A stretch of DNA of 64,000 bases from Styela clava (Eukaryota). This document shows positions 24,001-35,090 of this stretch, in pieces (position 1 is the first letter of the stretch; each line of letters begins with the position of its first letter). The stretch is taken from positions 11,904,001-11,968,000 of the forward strand of contig NC_135257.1 of the NCBI RefSeq assembly GCF_964204865.1, given 5' to 3'. Made by a program: the position numbers and the translations under genes. Under the pieces are notes generated by a model. The model worked only from the letters and a program-made list of their open reading frames with translations, did not search any database and was not told where the DNA came from.

Positions 24001-25338
24001 AGCTTGAAACTAGCAACGATCCAATACTGTTTCCAGTGTTTTTTGGTTAGATAATTCTGTTTACAGAAGAAATTAAGTTAATCGAAAGCCGAAGGACTGC
24101 ACTGAAAGGATATATATTATTTGGTGTACTTAACAATATATACCAACTCAGACACACAAATCTATTTTGTCCATTTTTCAAGTAATAATGTCACCTTAAA
24201 AGAAGATGGACATGTGGTAGATATGAGATGTAAAACAAGAAAATAGTTTCAACCATAATTTTTTGAAGTTCAGAAGCAATTGAAGACCTATAAAAACCAG
24301 GGCAAATAAAGACTATCTCTGGTAAGAAAAATTTCAGAAGTGTTTTACTTGCAAAACTGGGTGTAATTCTCCTCATCTGGATTTTTCCATTTCTGCGGCA
24401 AACACAAGACTGATATTCCTCTTGAACCAATCAGAGCTACATAAGTCCCAGATTCATTAAATTGAATGCTTCGTACTTCAAACATCGGTGGAGGTGAGCA
24501 CGAGAATTTCTGGAAAAATCAGATAAAAAAAAAACACTTACCTGCAAGAAGTAATATCTCAACAAAGGTTTTGTAATTTGTGAAAATTAATAAATTAGTG
24601 CTTCGTAAGGAGTGGTTATAATATCATTGTTCTAAAATTAAGTGTGGTAGTTCAGTAGTTATTCATGTCGACAGTTCAGATTAATGAGTGAATAACTCAG
24701 AAGAATCAGGACAAGGAGAAAGCGGCAGCTTGTGAAAAGTAAAACCAGAGTATAAATAAAGTTTGAACGATCTAATGTTGTAAGAACATTGCATTGTCTT
24801 CCAATGTATTTTCAACATTACTCTTTTGTTTAGTACCGTATTATATTCAAAATTGGGTTACATGTTTATAATGTTACACATTCCATAGCAATGTACGAGA
24901 AAACCTTCAAGCCAAGTACCATACCTTGTAAATTCAGTAACCCGCTTGTACCAATGTTATTTTTTTTGGACAGTTATAAAACTTTGGGCAAATGGTCAAA
25001 GAAAGCATATCAAGTAGGATTCAGTTGTTATGATCCATGATATTTTGAGACACCCCTTTGAGCAGAGCACATGGTATGATCGACAGTCTCATTAAATAAA
25101 CATCACAGTCAGAAAGTATTATATTTACCTGAACACCTGGCTCTTCAATATCTAATGACATCCTCAAGTTGGTAACATAAAAGCAGCTCTCTTTATTACT
25201 CCATACATAGAGGAATCCATCTTGCACATGCATTAATTGGTCAGCTCTATGTGATATGTTTTCAACTTCAGCATTTTCTTCAACCAATGTTTTGAAAATC
25301 GGATGATTCTCGATCACCTCTTTGAAGTCAGCACTCAT
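9097..25338 (-). CDS. NUP88: Nuclear pore complex protein Nup88
   Basis: Multi-exon gene; examples 25338-25129, ~24509-24349, ~23973-23747, ~23099-22897, ~22512-22314, 15439-15265, 11910-11773, further exons 11.6-9.6 kb, last ~9163-9097. Motifs PVAERFFT, QASWHP, LLSDNTVRIY, GETAVSFSF, GPLTMQPPAEDNYGVDAC, LFVYETVE, DPLLYCRYHCC..GVHAV and a C-terminal coiled coil (ILRKEYILKQ, VPVLSKAEIEM.KEL). Confidence 0.93.
12651..14660 (-). CDS. TEX56/C6orf201 (DUF4523, RRM-like) family protein, ~382 aa, nested on the same strand in a NUP88 intron
   Basis: Exons 14660-13974, 13735-13615, 13515-13439, 13172-13054, 12795-12651 join with GT-AG ends and matching phases (0,1,0,2) and no stops. The C-terminus APLSTVEIFL...ELQKYGDIESVVRHGERSFRVVYSDLVGACNAV...LLCTWHHRHL resembles recalled TEX56 (PMSTIVVRW..RLSAFGPIQSV..CGRQSAIV.F.D..SACNAV..QCSWQQRF). 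AATAAA at 12535-12530. Confidence 0.78.
15752..18950. repeat. Foldback-like array of inverted and tandem repeats interrupted by hAT copy A
   Basis: ~15770-15960 is inverted at ~18257-18478 and directly repeated at ~18755-18950. ~90-110-bp units with a TTTACCACACATT.TA.GTCCACAGAT core recur at ~15965, 16080, 16159/18215, 18510, 18610 and 18717. Confidence 0.65.
16167..18214. mobile_element. Non-autonomous hAT element, copy A (2048 bp)
   Basis: TIRs TAGGGATGCCACTT / AAGTGGCAACCCTA. Exact 8-bp TSD TTTGCCAC (16159-16166, 18215-18222). GATTCGAAT subterminal repeats and an internal 3x ~105-bp tandem repeat (~16270-16580). Confidence 0.92.
19729..21804. mobile_element. Non-autonomous hAT element, copy B (2076 bp), inverted relative to copy A
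   Basis: Reverse complement of copy A with scattered SNPs and a ~28-bp indel. Own exact 8-bp TSD CCCGTAAA (19721-19728, 21805-21812). Confidence 0.92.
23331..23562. mobile_element. MITE with long TIRs and GGTTAGGGTTAGG motifs (GG..CC-type ends, 8-bp TSD; Merlin/MULE-like)
   Basis: ~75-bp imperfect TIRs (GCTCCC.AAGT.TGCGAACCAAGATGGC.GACATCGGAA); TSD CTTTAAAT on both sides. Confidence 0.8.
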
Positions 25339-25977
25339 GATTTCATATAAGAATTAGGAATATTAATTTAGACTGAAGAAATATAAAATATATCTGACAG
25401 GACAGTCAATTTTCAAAATAACAATGTTCGACAGAATTGGATCAGGGTTGATAAAATAGCCTATATTGAGTATATAAGAAATCAGCAAATTAAGAATCAT
25501 TATTTGGCATACAAAAATAAATAAATCTGAAGAAGTGTAGCAGAAGAAGTAAGAACTATGAACGACCAGGACCAAGTGATGAATTATGGCTAGAATTGAG
25601 CTTCTTAATGATGTATCATGTCCCAACATTTTTTAAAACAAATGATCTCTATATTTTGTCATACACGTTGAAGACAATAAAACATCACACCACTGAGATA
25701 TGCAAAATTATCTGTTTTACTTGCAGTTATGCAATATAACACTTGATGACACCACAACAATTTTGACCGGACCCAGTACACTAGATTCTGAAATCTGTAG
25801 TCAATTCAGAACTATGACAATTATTTATGACATGTTCATCAAATGGTACAACGGTAGACAAGTTTAAAAACAGTCATGATAATCTAAAACAATTAAGATT
25901 TCAAATCTTTACATTTTATTTTGAATCATGCCTTGATATCAAAAAAAGAGATCGTGGAACCCCAAACCATAGTAAAA

Positions 25978-26316
25978 TCACTCATTCTTAATCCTCAGTT
26001 CTTCAGGTATGAACCCAGCATCATTTTCAATGCATGTAACACAAAAGCGTTTTTTATGAAACAGGCTACATTTATCATCGACACAAACAGTTGCATTGCA
26101 AAGAGAACAGTGACCTCCCAATACTAACACTTCTCTTGTCTGAACAAAAGGATTGTCCATTATATAGACCTCTTCATGGAAAGTGAGCTTTCTCACACGA
26201 GAAGGTCTTTTTCCAAAATAACGGTATGGAGCTTCTAGTCCACAAATAGAGCAAACAAAGCTAGGTAAGACTTTGTCAGTTTCCTTCTTTTGTTTAACAT
26301 CCAATGATTCTTGCAT
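25978..26316 (-). CDS. CDPF1: Cysteine-rich DPF motif domain-containing protein 1
   Basis: Single exon. F.CSICGL.APYRYFG..P...LTFHEEVYIMDNPF...LVLGGHCSLCNATVCV...CSLFHKKRFCVTCI matches the recalled CDPF1 cysteine pattern. Confidence 0.88.
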   Translation of the reverse strand: MQESLDVKQKKETDKVLPSFVCSICGLEAPYRYFGKRPSRVRKLTFHEEVYIMDNPFVQTREVLVLGGHCSLCNATVCVDDKCSLFHKKRFCVTCIENDAGFIPEELRIKNE

Positions 26317-26866
26317 CACATTACTGGAATTACGACTTAATTGTTCTATTTCAACAGTAAACTACTATATATATATTAATCCTGCATGAAACAATAACGG
26401 TCCATTACTCACAATTTAAACTTGACAGAAAGTTGAATACTAACAGACATGATTTGGTGATCGACCAAACCGTTAATGGGGTCTAACAATATGCATATTC
26501 ATTCAAGATCTTCTTTGAATCATTTTAAAACATGAAATTTAGAGAATGCACCAAATTTTACTGATGTTTTCATTAAATCCACATAAATTGAGATGGAAAT
26601 GGTGCCAAATTCTTATGGAACACACTTTTTAATACATTAGTAATTTTTTCAAGTGATTATGATCAGATCATTCCAAGTCAATATGAAAACAATAACTTTT
26701 ATTATTTGGTAATGGATTTTGAATAATTTATGGTCAGCAACATAATTCTCTTGACATTCATAAAAACTGTTAAGAGTTTATTCAGTTCAAAATGACAATA
26801 ATTTTTTCAACCAATAATGCAATTCCAATTAGACAGAATGTATCATGCTATTTTATACCACAATGT

Positions 26867-28360
26867 TTATTCATTGCCAGCCATATCAACATCATCCTCA
26901 ATAGTTAAATCCTCCAACATCTCCTGTAATGTAATCTTCGGCATGCTCTCATCATCTGTATCAGTTGGTACATGAGAGCGATCAACATAAACATCCACAT
27001 TTTTCCTGAATTCTTTATCTTCCTCTAAATCTTCCATAAATCCAACAAAAGATTCATCATCCGAAGCGGTATTTGTAGCCAGTCTTCGGAGTTTCCAATT
27101 TCTGCGGCGTCTTCTCCTCTGTTTGTCACCAAATACTTTTTTAACAAGTATAACATCAGGTACATCTTGTTCCTTCATTTTATCCAATTCCACATTGCTC
27201 TGATTTGAATTTCTCAAATCGTATCCCAGAACCGTGTCACCAGGGTTTAATAAATGACCAAGATGTGTGACAGTATGAACATAATCCTCATTTATTCCTA
27301 ATTCGCTTGCTTTCACAACCCAACAATCTGCCAAAAGATGTTTGTGGGATTTTGCACCCTCACCAGACTTTTGCTGTCTATTATGAATAGGTTCGATTTC
27401 CATTACTATATATTGTATGAGATTTTTAGAAGAACTACAGGAGTAAAAAGGGTTTCGCCAGTAAGCTGTTCCATTGACCTCGCATAACTGTAGTGTTTTG
27501 AAATCGATCAAATGAATACAATTTGTTACACGAATACAGAGAGCAAGTTGATCCATATTTCCAAGTTGTTGAGCAAGCTTTTTAGGTAAACAGACAATAT
27601 CATCCTTACAGACTGGAGGGATTTCAACAGAAAAAGTAGTTTTATAGTTATAGGTACTTGTATGGACATCATGCGAAATTAACTGCTGTGCTGACTGGTA
27701 ACGACAAGGCAACATGCTCATAAGAAAATCAGTAAATTTTCTGGCATCTTGTTTAGATGAATAGAAGAAATCAAGCCCATTTGGATTTTCAGATAGCTTC
27801 GTACATGTAGAGTGCATTTTATGTTTCAGAATAATTTGTTCCAAATAATAAAATGTCTTCTTATGCGTTGTCTTTTGTCTAGCTTGTACAACAGAATTCC
27901 AGAAATCTTTTGCTTCTATCCTATGGCAGTCATTGCACATATGATTATGAATAACAAATTCGACGACAAAAGTTTGCTGTAAGAATGTGCCACCATCAAC
28001 TTCTTTTTGAATAGCAATTTTAACTTTAATTCGTTTAGAATGGGGTTCAGTCCAAACAAATGCAGCATCCACCAAACGTACTTTTGACAGCGTTGACTTG
28101 AGCCGTTTTAAACAAATTGCGAGTAGTTCTCGCGATTCAAGAGCTGCCTTTGTCCAAGCATTGGGAGGAGAATGATATCTTTCACAATTCCTGCACATTA
28201 GCAAATTTCCAGACTTTGGTATACCATCAGTAATATCAACACGAGAACGAAGGCAGTCGACACATGTATTACTTGGATTGGGTTGTATAGGAATGCCGCA
28301 ATCACAACACAATATTGTGTCCATTGTTTGGGTTGAGGGCATTTCACTCATTGTTTCCAT
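26867..28360 (-). CDS. NMD3: 60S ribosomal export protein NMD3 (intronless CDS)
   Basis: ~497-aa ORF with ILCCDCG.PI.PN..N.CV.CLR, LESRELLAICLK, FVWTEPHSKRIKVK, HKKTFYYLEQ, THLGHLL.PGD, an NLS-like RRRRRRNWKL and a C-terminal NES-like LQEMLEDLTI. Confidence 0.97.
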   Translation of the reverse strand: METMSEMPSTQTMDTILCCDCGIPIQPNPSNTCVDCLRSRVDITDGIPKSGNLLMCRNCERYHSPPNAWTKAALESRELLAICLKRLKSTLSKVRLVDAAFVWTEPHSKRIKVKIAIQKEVDGGTFLQQTFVVEFVIHNHMCNDCHRIEAKDFWNSVVQARQKTTHKKTFYYLEQIILKHKMHSTCTKLSENPNGLDFFYSSKQDARKFTDFLMSMLPCRYQSAQQLISHDVHTSTYNYKTTFSVEIPPVCKDDIVCLPKKLAQQLGNMDQLALCIRVTNCIHLIDFKTLQLCEVNGTAYWRNPFYSCSSSKNLIQYIVMEIEPIHNRQQKSGEGAKSHKHLLADCWVVKASELGINEDYVHTVTHLGHLLNPGDTVLGYDLRNSNQSNVELDKMKEQDVPDVILVKKVFGDKQRRRRRRNWKLRRLATNTASDDESFVGFMEDLEEDKEFRKNVDVYVDRSHVPTDTDDESMPKITLQEMLEDLTIEDDVDMAGNE

Positions 28361-29329
28361 TTTCAGGTTCAAATTAAATTACTTATATTTGATCATGTGT
28401 GATTCCTAAAGAAAATGTGTTACTGGTAATTCAGATAATAGATATTGCCAGGAATGACTAAAAGTCTACGGAATATTTCAAAAATAATATTTTCAAATAC
28501 ATATATTATTTCCTACCTCTCACTATATATTTTCTAAATCATGCCCAACAATTTACATGTTTATAAACTTGAGATGTGCATACATATGTAAATATGTCAG
28601 ACTTCGGTAAGATTAAGTTCATACATAATAACTTCAAGTCAATAAGAAGTTCAATTAAAAATTTAAATTTATTTACAAATATTAGTACATATCTCATCTA
28701 CTCCCTAATTAGGTTTAGTCTGCTAAATTTTTTGGTTAATATTACACCAAAACCAGAAAACCATATGAGAATGTACAAAATAAAAGTTGCTTCAAAAACA
28801 AACACCACTAACAAACATCATCCATGTGAAATGAACACATAGTAAAATAGTGTTCAAAGGAATTATCTGTCATAGCCTAACTGCAGAACTGCATTAGCTG
28901 GGTTACAACAGGTCATTACTTTTTACAGTTTTATAGCACTGCGTTGGACCTAAAATTAAACAAACTTACAGACATACTGTTACTATACCATTATACCAAA
29001 AAACACATTAACATTATTATGCATATAATTAGAAAATGCATGCATTTTTTTTTCTTCAAATGGATCCACAATGTAGATTATTCAATAAGTAAATAATATA
29101 TAAATTAAATATATGTTAAGACATCTTGTGTACTAAAAGTGAAGAAACATATATATCAGTAATATCAAGATAATTCCATCAGATGTAATATTCCATATAA
29201 TCCAGGGAGTTCCAATAATTCATTCGTTGATTTCGTAATACAAATTACATCGTTTATTTTTAATTATTTAGCATAAAAAAACTTAATTTTAGAATCCGTC
29301 ACAATTTATTACATATCATGGCAAGTTCT

Positions 29330-29880
29330 TTTATATAACAAAATTCCTTTCTCCCTTTTTCTATATTTCTTCTCATTATAAGTGAGTTCCTAATTTTCAT
29401 ACCGTAATAACATTATTTATGCTTAGGTTATGATTTTGAAATATCACAGCATTACACTCCAACCAAATTTTATATCTTGCTGTACAAAATAACAATATAT
29501 TAGAGTTACGTTGTATAATGGATAAATTTGAATAACAGTGATCATTTAAGTCCAATAAAATGCAAGTTTTATAAATATTTTTCATCACACAGTTTCTCAT
29601 TTTTAATGCCACAGAAAAGATATAATCATAGACATTCTGTTTAAAAACAATTCCAAAACAAATGAGACACAAATTCAGAATCTTATTTACATAACACACA
29701 AATATTATCCCCAGAAATATGTCTTATTCTTGGCTTAACTTTGATTGATAAAATGTCCCACATTAATTTATAATTGAAAATCTTTACATTATTGGCCAAA
29801 ATTTTAGAATGTATATTTGAACAAGCCCCTATAAAATTACCATCTCTCAAAAAAACAATTCTATCTTCACCCTTCGAATT
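29330..29880 (-). pseudogene. Degraded 3' end of an L1/Tx1-type LINE ORF2 (zf-RVT CCHC region)
   Basis: Minus-strand translation across stops and frameshifts gives KIFNYKLMWDIL...DNICVLCK*DSEFVSHLFWNC, then ARYKIWLECNAVIFQN. This is the typical zf-RVT and downstream IW..RN..IF motif. Confidence 0.65.
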
Positions 29881-30679
29881 ATTAACAATTTTATTACCGT
29901 ATATAAATGTCTATGCTTTTCTTGAATTAAATCAGTTTCAGTGATGTTGTACCGTAAAAGCAGGTAACTTCCGATGGTTTGTAACTTCGGATGAAATTTT
30001 TAATCGTCTATATCTTGACTAAATTACTTCATCTTGTGCTTCTGGCAGTTCTATGGAGAGTCCTTATATATCTAAATCTGATATCGAATGGAATCGCTCA
30101 ATAATATTTATTTTTTTACACAAAAAAACACATTTTAGCCAGAATGTTGATTATAGTTCCATAGTATTTCTGAGAGAAAAAACATGGGATACACTATTAT
30201 TAATAGGCAATTTGAAATATATCTTAATAGAGCACATTTTTCAGCCACCCTAACAAACAAGCCATGTGTTATTTGTAAATTGGACCCCATGTTTCAGTCG
30301 GTCTGTACTGTACTACAGTATTGATATTCAAACAATTTTCTTATTTCCACTTTTTATGGATTGATTAATTTGATTTATTATCAAATCATGACATATAAAA
30401 ACTTCATGCCGAGTCATTGTGAACGGCAATTTTGACGTGAATTTTTGTCTATTACCGGTACCGGTACCGTATTTTCTAATTCTACATAAGAGGGATAAGT
30501 TTGACATCGGGTGTGATTACCAAATTACTTATCTATGGTTATCGATATCCGTCACTACAATTTTTAACCAATCGTTAAAAATTAAACTCTCGTTTGTGGG
30601 TCAACTAAACATGACCGGCGAGTCCACGTTAATTAAACACGCCTCCCTGCCAGACTCTGTTTGCCACTGTCTAACTTTT

Positions 30680-31680
30680 CCTCGGTGATTGGACAATATT
30701 TTATGGGCGCGTCTCTTACGGAGAACCTGATTGGATGATATCATTGATGATTTAGTCAACCGGTTGCGAAATCGCTAAAGTATACGTGATGCTTGGAAAT
30801 TCGAATGCAGCATAGTTACATCATAATGTTCAACCTACGATGATCAAATGCTGTCCTGTGTCAGTGTTGTTGTTATCTAAACAAAATTCGGTTTATGCGT
30901 TCGTTTTACATAGAGCAGAAAAGGTTCCAGATTTAGACTGCTCGCAGTAATTTGATGATTTACGAGACCGTTGATTGTGAATTCAAATGCTACGATACGG
31001 TACGTAATTCAGTAATTAGTTAAGTGATTAGTGTAGCACCAGAGCTTTATCCCTAACGTATATTCATCCACAATCTGGGAATTCTATTGCCATAAACAGT
31101 TGAAGAGTTAACTTTTGATAACTGTGAGTGTGTTAGTCAAAGTGTCAAGATTGTATATGCCTACTGCAGTACTGACATACACACATTAGTATTAATTTTT
31201 TCCGACCCCATAATCAGCATAAAAGGCGGGGATATAATTGATAACAAATAAATACAGAAATAGAATTAGGAGAGCAATGAAAACCTTAAGTCTGCAAGTG
31301 TCAGGGTTTTGCCAAAATGAAATGTCATGCATGTTCACTCATCTAAAATTATCAAATAAATTTACACACACACATTCCCATGCACAACCACAGAGTAATA
31401 ACTCACAATGGAGTTAGGAAATCAGGAAAAACTTAAAATAAATCACATAAAAATTATTTGCCATGCCATATTAATAATTTTATAACAGTTGCTAAATTGA
31501 ATATCGATTTTGTAAATAAGAGTGATTAATAAATAAAATATTTATAAATGAAATGTTGTCACGATATTATATTTGAGTCAAATGCGAAATTGTCCAATCA
31601 AAGTTGAGTGCATGAGCATGAGAAGGTGGGCAGGACCACTTTCAGACTTCATTTGAATTTGTGGCCAATCAAATATTGCT
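30680..31680. promoter_or_regulatory. Divergent promoter region between NMD3 and FBP with paired CCAAT boxes
   Basis: ATTGG at 30688 and 30730 (TGATTGG) and CCAAT at 31594 and 31665 (CCAATCA) point in opposite directions. GC-box-like GGTGGGCAGG at ~31625. Confidence 0.4.
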
Positions 31681-31870
31681 GTCTTGGGAATAATTTATCA
31701 TACTGGAATAAGCTTACATAAATCATGAATTCGTGTAGGGTAAAGCCAAATCAAATCTAATTACTAAATTATGATCTATTCAATTACACATTTTTCCATT
31801 TAGCTTTAAAGTACTTTTCTAACTCTTTAGCTATCGGTGCAATAGCTGCTAGTTAATAAATACAGAAGCA

Positions 31871-33809
31871 ATGTCAACTGAAACGCAATTGGACACAGAT
31901 CCTTGTATTCTGACAAGGCATATAAATGAAAGTGGTAGAAAAGCTGGCGGAACTGGTGAATTGTCACAATTATTGAATAGCATTTGTACTGCTGTGAAAG
32001 CTATCTCTGCAGCTGTAAGAAGGGCTGGAATTGCAAACTTGTAAGTATTGGTATTTCTGTGTTTTCAAGAATTCTTATGTATTTGTAAACAGATGAACTT
32101 GTGATAAGTAAAATTTCATGTCCTTGTATTTCACAGATATGGCATATCAGGTACGGAAAATGCAACTGGTGATCAACAGAAAAAGCTCGATGTACTTGCT
32201 AATGATTTGATGGTGAATTTGCTCAGGTCATCTTACAGTACATGTCTGATGGTCTCCGAGGAAAACGATAATGTGGTTGAAGTTGATTTAAAAAAGCATG
32301 TAAGGACTGAAATTTATGACCTTGCCTACTGTTTCTGAAAACTAGATTAATACTACCAAAGTATAAATTTTAATCAACATCTTTTCACAGGGAAAATATA
32401 TTGTGACATTTGATCCTCTGGATGGCTCATCAAATATAGATTGCCTGGTATCCATCGGAACAATATTTGGTATATTTAAAAAGGTGAGTAGAACAAGATT
32501 TATATTTTGGTCGGAGGATAATATCAAAGTGGTTTGGAAGACTTATGGTTATGTGACATTATAATAATAATGAATATGTTCAGTTCATCAAGTAATGAGA
32601 GTAACAACCCCAATCAACAGGTATTCTCAAGCTTCTGGTGTTACGGAGCCCTTGCAGTGGTTGAGTAGTATTAACGGAGCCCCGCAATTAATTTATAAGA
32701 ACGCGTTTTTATTTACTGATTAATGTCCCTGAGTAAACAAAAATTACTTTATTTGATGATTCTGATGTACTTACTGCTTTGTATTTGAAAAATATTCAGT
32801 ATTTTAATAATCAAATGAATAGCTTGCATAGCCCCAAGTTTTCTCTTACGGAGTACTTTGAGAACCTATGGTCAATAATACTGTGTAAACTATTCCCATT
32901 TCTTAATTTGCTTTTAGGCTTCTGATGGACCACCTACTGCCGCTGATGCTCTTCAGCCTGGAAATAATTTGGTGGCAGCTGGTTATGCACTTTATGGAAG
33001 TGCTACTGTCATTGTGATTGCAACAGAGCTATCAGTGGACATGTTCATGTTGGATCCTGTAAGATTCGTACAATTTGATCATCTTGTGTGTTTGTTTAAA
33101 ACTCTTGACTGTAGTGTTTGGTAAGGTGTGCCATGAAATGGGTATTTACTTTTTCAATATATTAGGTTGAAAACACATGCAAAACTGATTTTCTGTTTTA
33201 ATTTAGAGTATTGGTGAATTCATATTAACACAGAAAGATATCAAAATCAAAAAGAAAGGAAAATATTTCAGCATCAATGAAGGATATACGAAGTACTGGG
33301 ATCCTGCTATAAAGGAATATGTTGACAGGAAGAAGTTTCCACAGGTAACAATTTTTATTATGTTATAAATTATGACTTTTTCATCAAAGTATTATAACTA
33401 TTTGCTTACTTACAGGATGGTGGTAAACCGTACAATGCTCGCTACATTGGTTCAATGGTAGCAGATGTACACAGGACTCTGGTTTATGGTGGCGTATTTG
33501 CTTATCCAGCACACAGCCAGAGCCCAAACGGAAAGGTAATATTTACAATTGAGATTTACATACTCTGTTTCAGCTCTTTTATATGTTGTGTGTGCTTTTC
33601 AGCTACGTCTTCTGTATGAGGCTGGACCCATGGCTTATGTACTGGAGAGAGCTGGTGGAAAGGCAACTACTGGACACCAACGTATTATGGATATAGTCCC
33701 AGAAAACATTCATCAAAGAGTCCCAGTTTTCTTGGGGTCACCTGATGACGTTGATGAATACTTGGAAATTGTGAAAAAACACAAAAATTATGTCGCTAAT
33801 GAAAAATAA
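31871..33809 (+). CDS. FBP1: Fructose-1,6-bisphosphatase
   Basis: Seven exons: 31871-32040, ~32137-32299, ~32391-32483, ~32919-33058, ~33208-33344, ~33417-33535, 33603-33809. Motifs [79 protein letters not shown]. Confidence 0.96.
32618..32870. mobile_element. Degenerate Buster/Charlie-type hAT MITE
   Basis: Ends CAGGTATTCTCAA / TTGAGAACCTATG with repeated ACGGAGCCC. TSD not preserved. Confidence 0.45.
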
Positions 33810-35090
33810 TCTCTAATTTCTCTTTACCTCTACAAACCTGACATGATATGTGATAGTAGCATAGTTTCATATAATGGTAAAACAGGAGTGAATATTTGCC
33901 TTGAATAGTGCCTTAATTTCATTCAAGCAGTAATTGTGCGCTTATGACTTATATATTTCTTATTAACCATTCAATAAATATCCAACCTGCCAATTGTCAT
34001 ATGTAGTAGCTTAATTAAGATGAAGATATAGGTGATAGAAATTGCATCTTCGGCTACAAGTTGGCTTTTTGCAGCAGAAATTTACAGTGAATGACTTGTT
34101 CCACCTTGAAGTATTATTGGCAAGTCTGCTGCAAATCCACAATTGACGAAATGATAACAGAACTCATTAACTACAAGGCCACATGTCAAGGAACAAGCAG
34201 CAGTTGGTTTAGCAAATATTTGGGCAAGATAAGACCTGGACTCTTATCTGACAAAGTTCACAGAGATGAAGCCATATAAATGTGGCTTGATGCTTCCCAG
34301 TTGATGTGAAATAACTACTGAATATTAACCTGCACACCCACTATTAAGCACAATTAGAGAATGGCAAAAAATTAAGCAGGGTGTATGTTTGGGGATCGAT
34401 TTCTCTGCTATCTTACATCCTGTGGAACACCTCTCCCGACGTATCATAAAATTCATATTGTCCGTCAATAGTTGTATTAGCATTAGAGTGTCTAGGAATC
34501 TCATACTTGCTTACCAGTAGCAACAGACTTATTTACTTACATAAGTGGTGGGGTTTGAGAGAACACTACAACAGAATATCGTGATAGTGACACCGTTCTT
34601 GTTTTAGATGTTGGACAACCGCATTGCAGATGACTAGTATTATGTATGACATTTTAGAAGTCTCATATTAGATTTATATCAAGCTTTTATGGTAAAGTAG
34701 CCTAGATATTGACAGACATACATTGTTTGAAATGGAGGAAGCTGTTGTTAATGAGTTGGATACATAAGAGGACCTGTTCTTAAAATTTCAAATCCCACCA
34801 CTGATCTTTCCGCACGCTCAAGCACAAGAATGATATACAATTTATGATTTTATTTAATCATTAAATAGATTTCAACTGCACTCTAGTTTCACTTCCCCCT
34901 AGCATGAAAGTTGCAGTCCAAAGAACTTTCATTCATTTCTTGACCATATCAGTCACATAATATGTCAAAATTCATCTGTAGTTTTTTGACACCCAGATAG
35001 AATCTCTATCAAACCTCAACGTTCTATCTTGTTTGATTATCGATATTCTCAGTCAAGGAAACAACTAAATTCCTATATGATGTGGACATC

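Noticed and set aside
34020-34800. Possible small gene between FBP and AAAS (short ORFs, a GTAAGT donor on the minus strand)
   Set aside because: No consistent exon chain or protein motif could be built.
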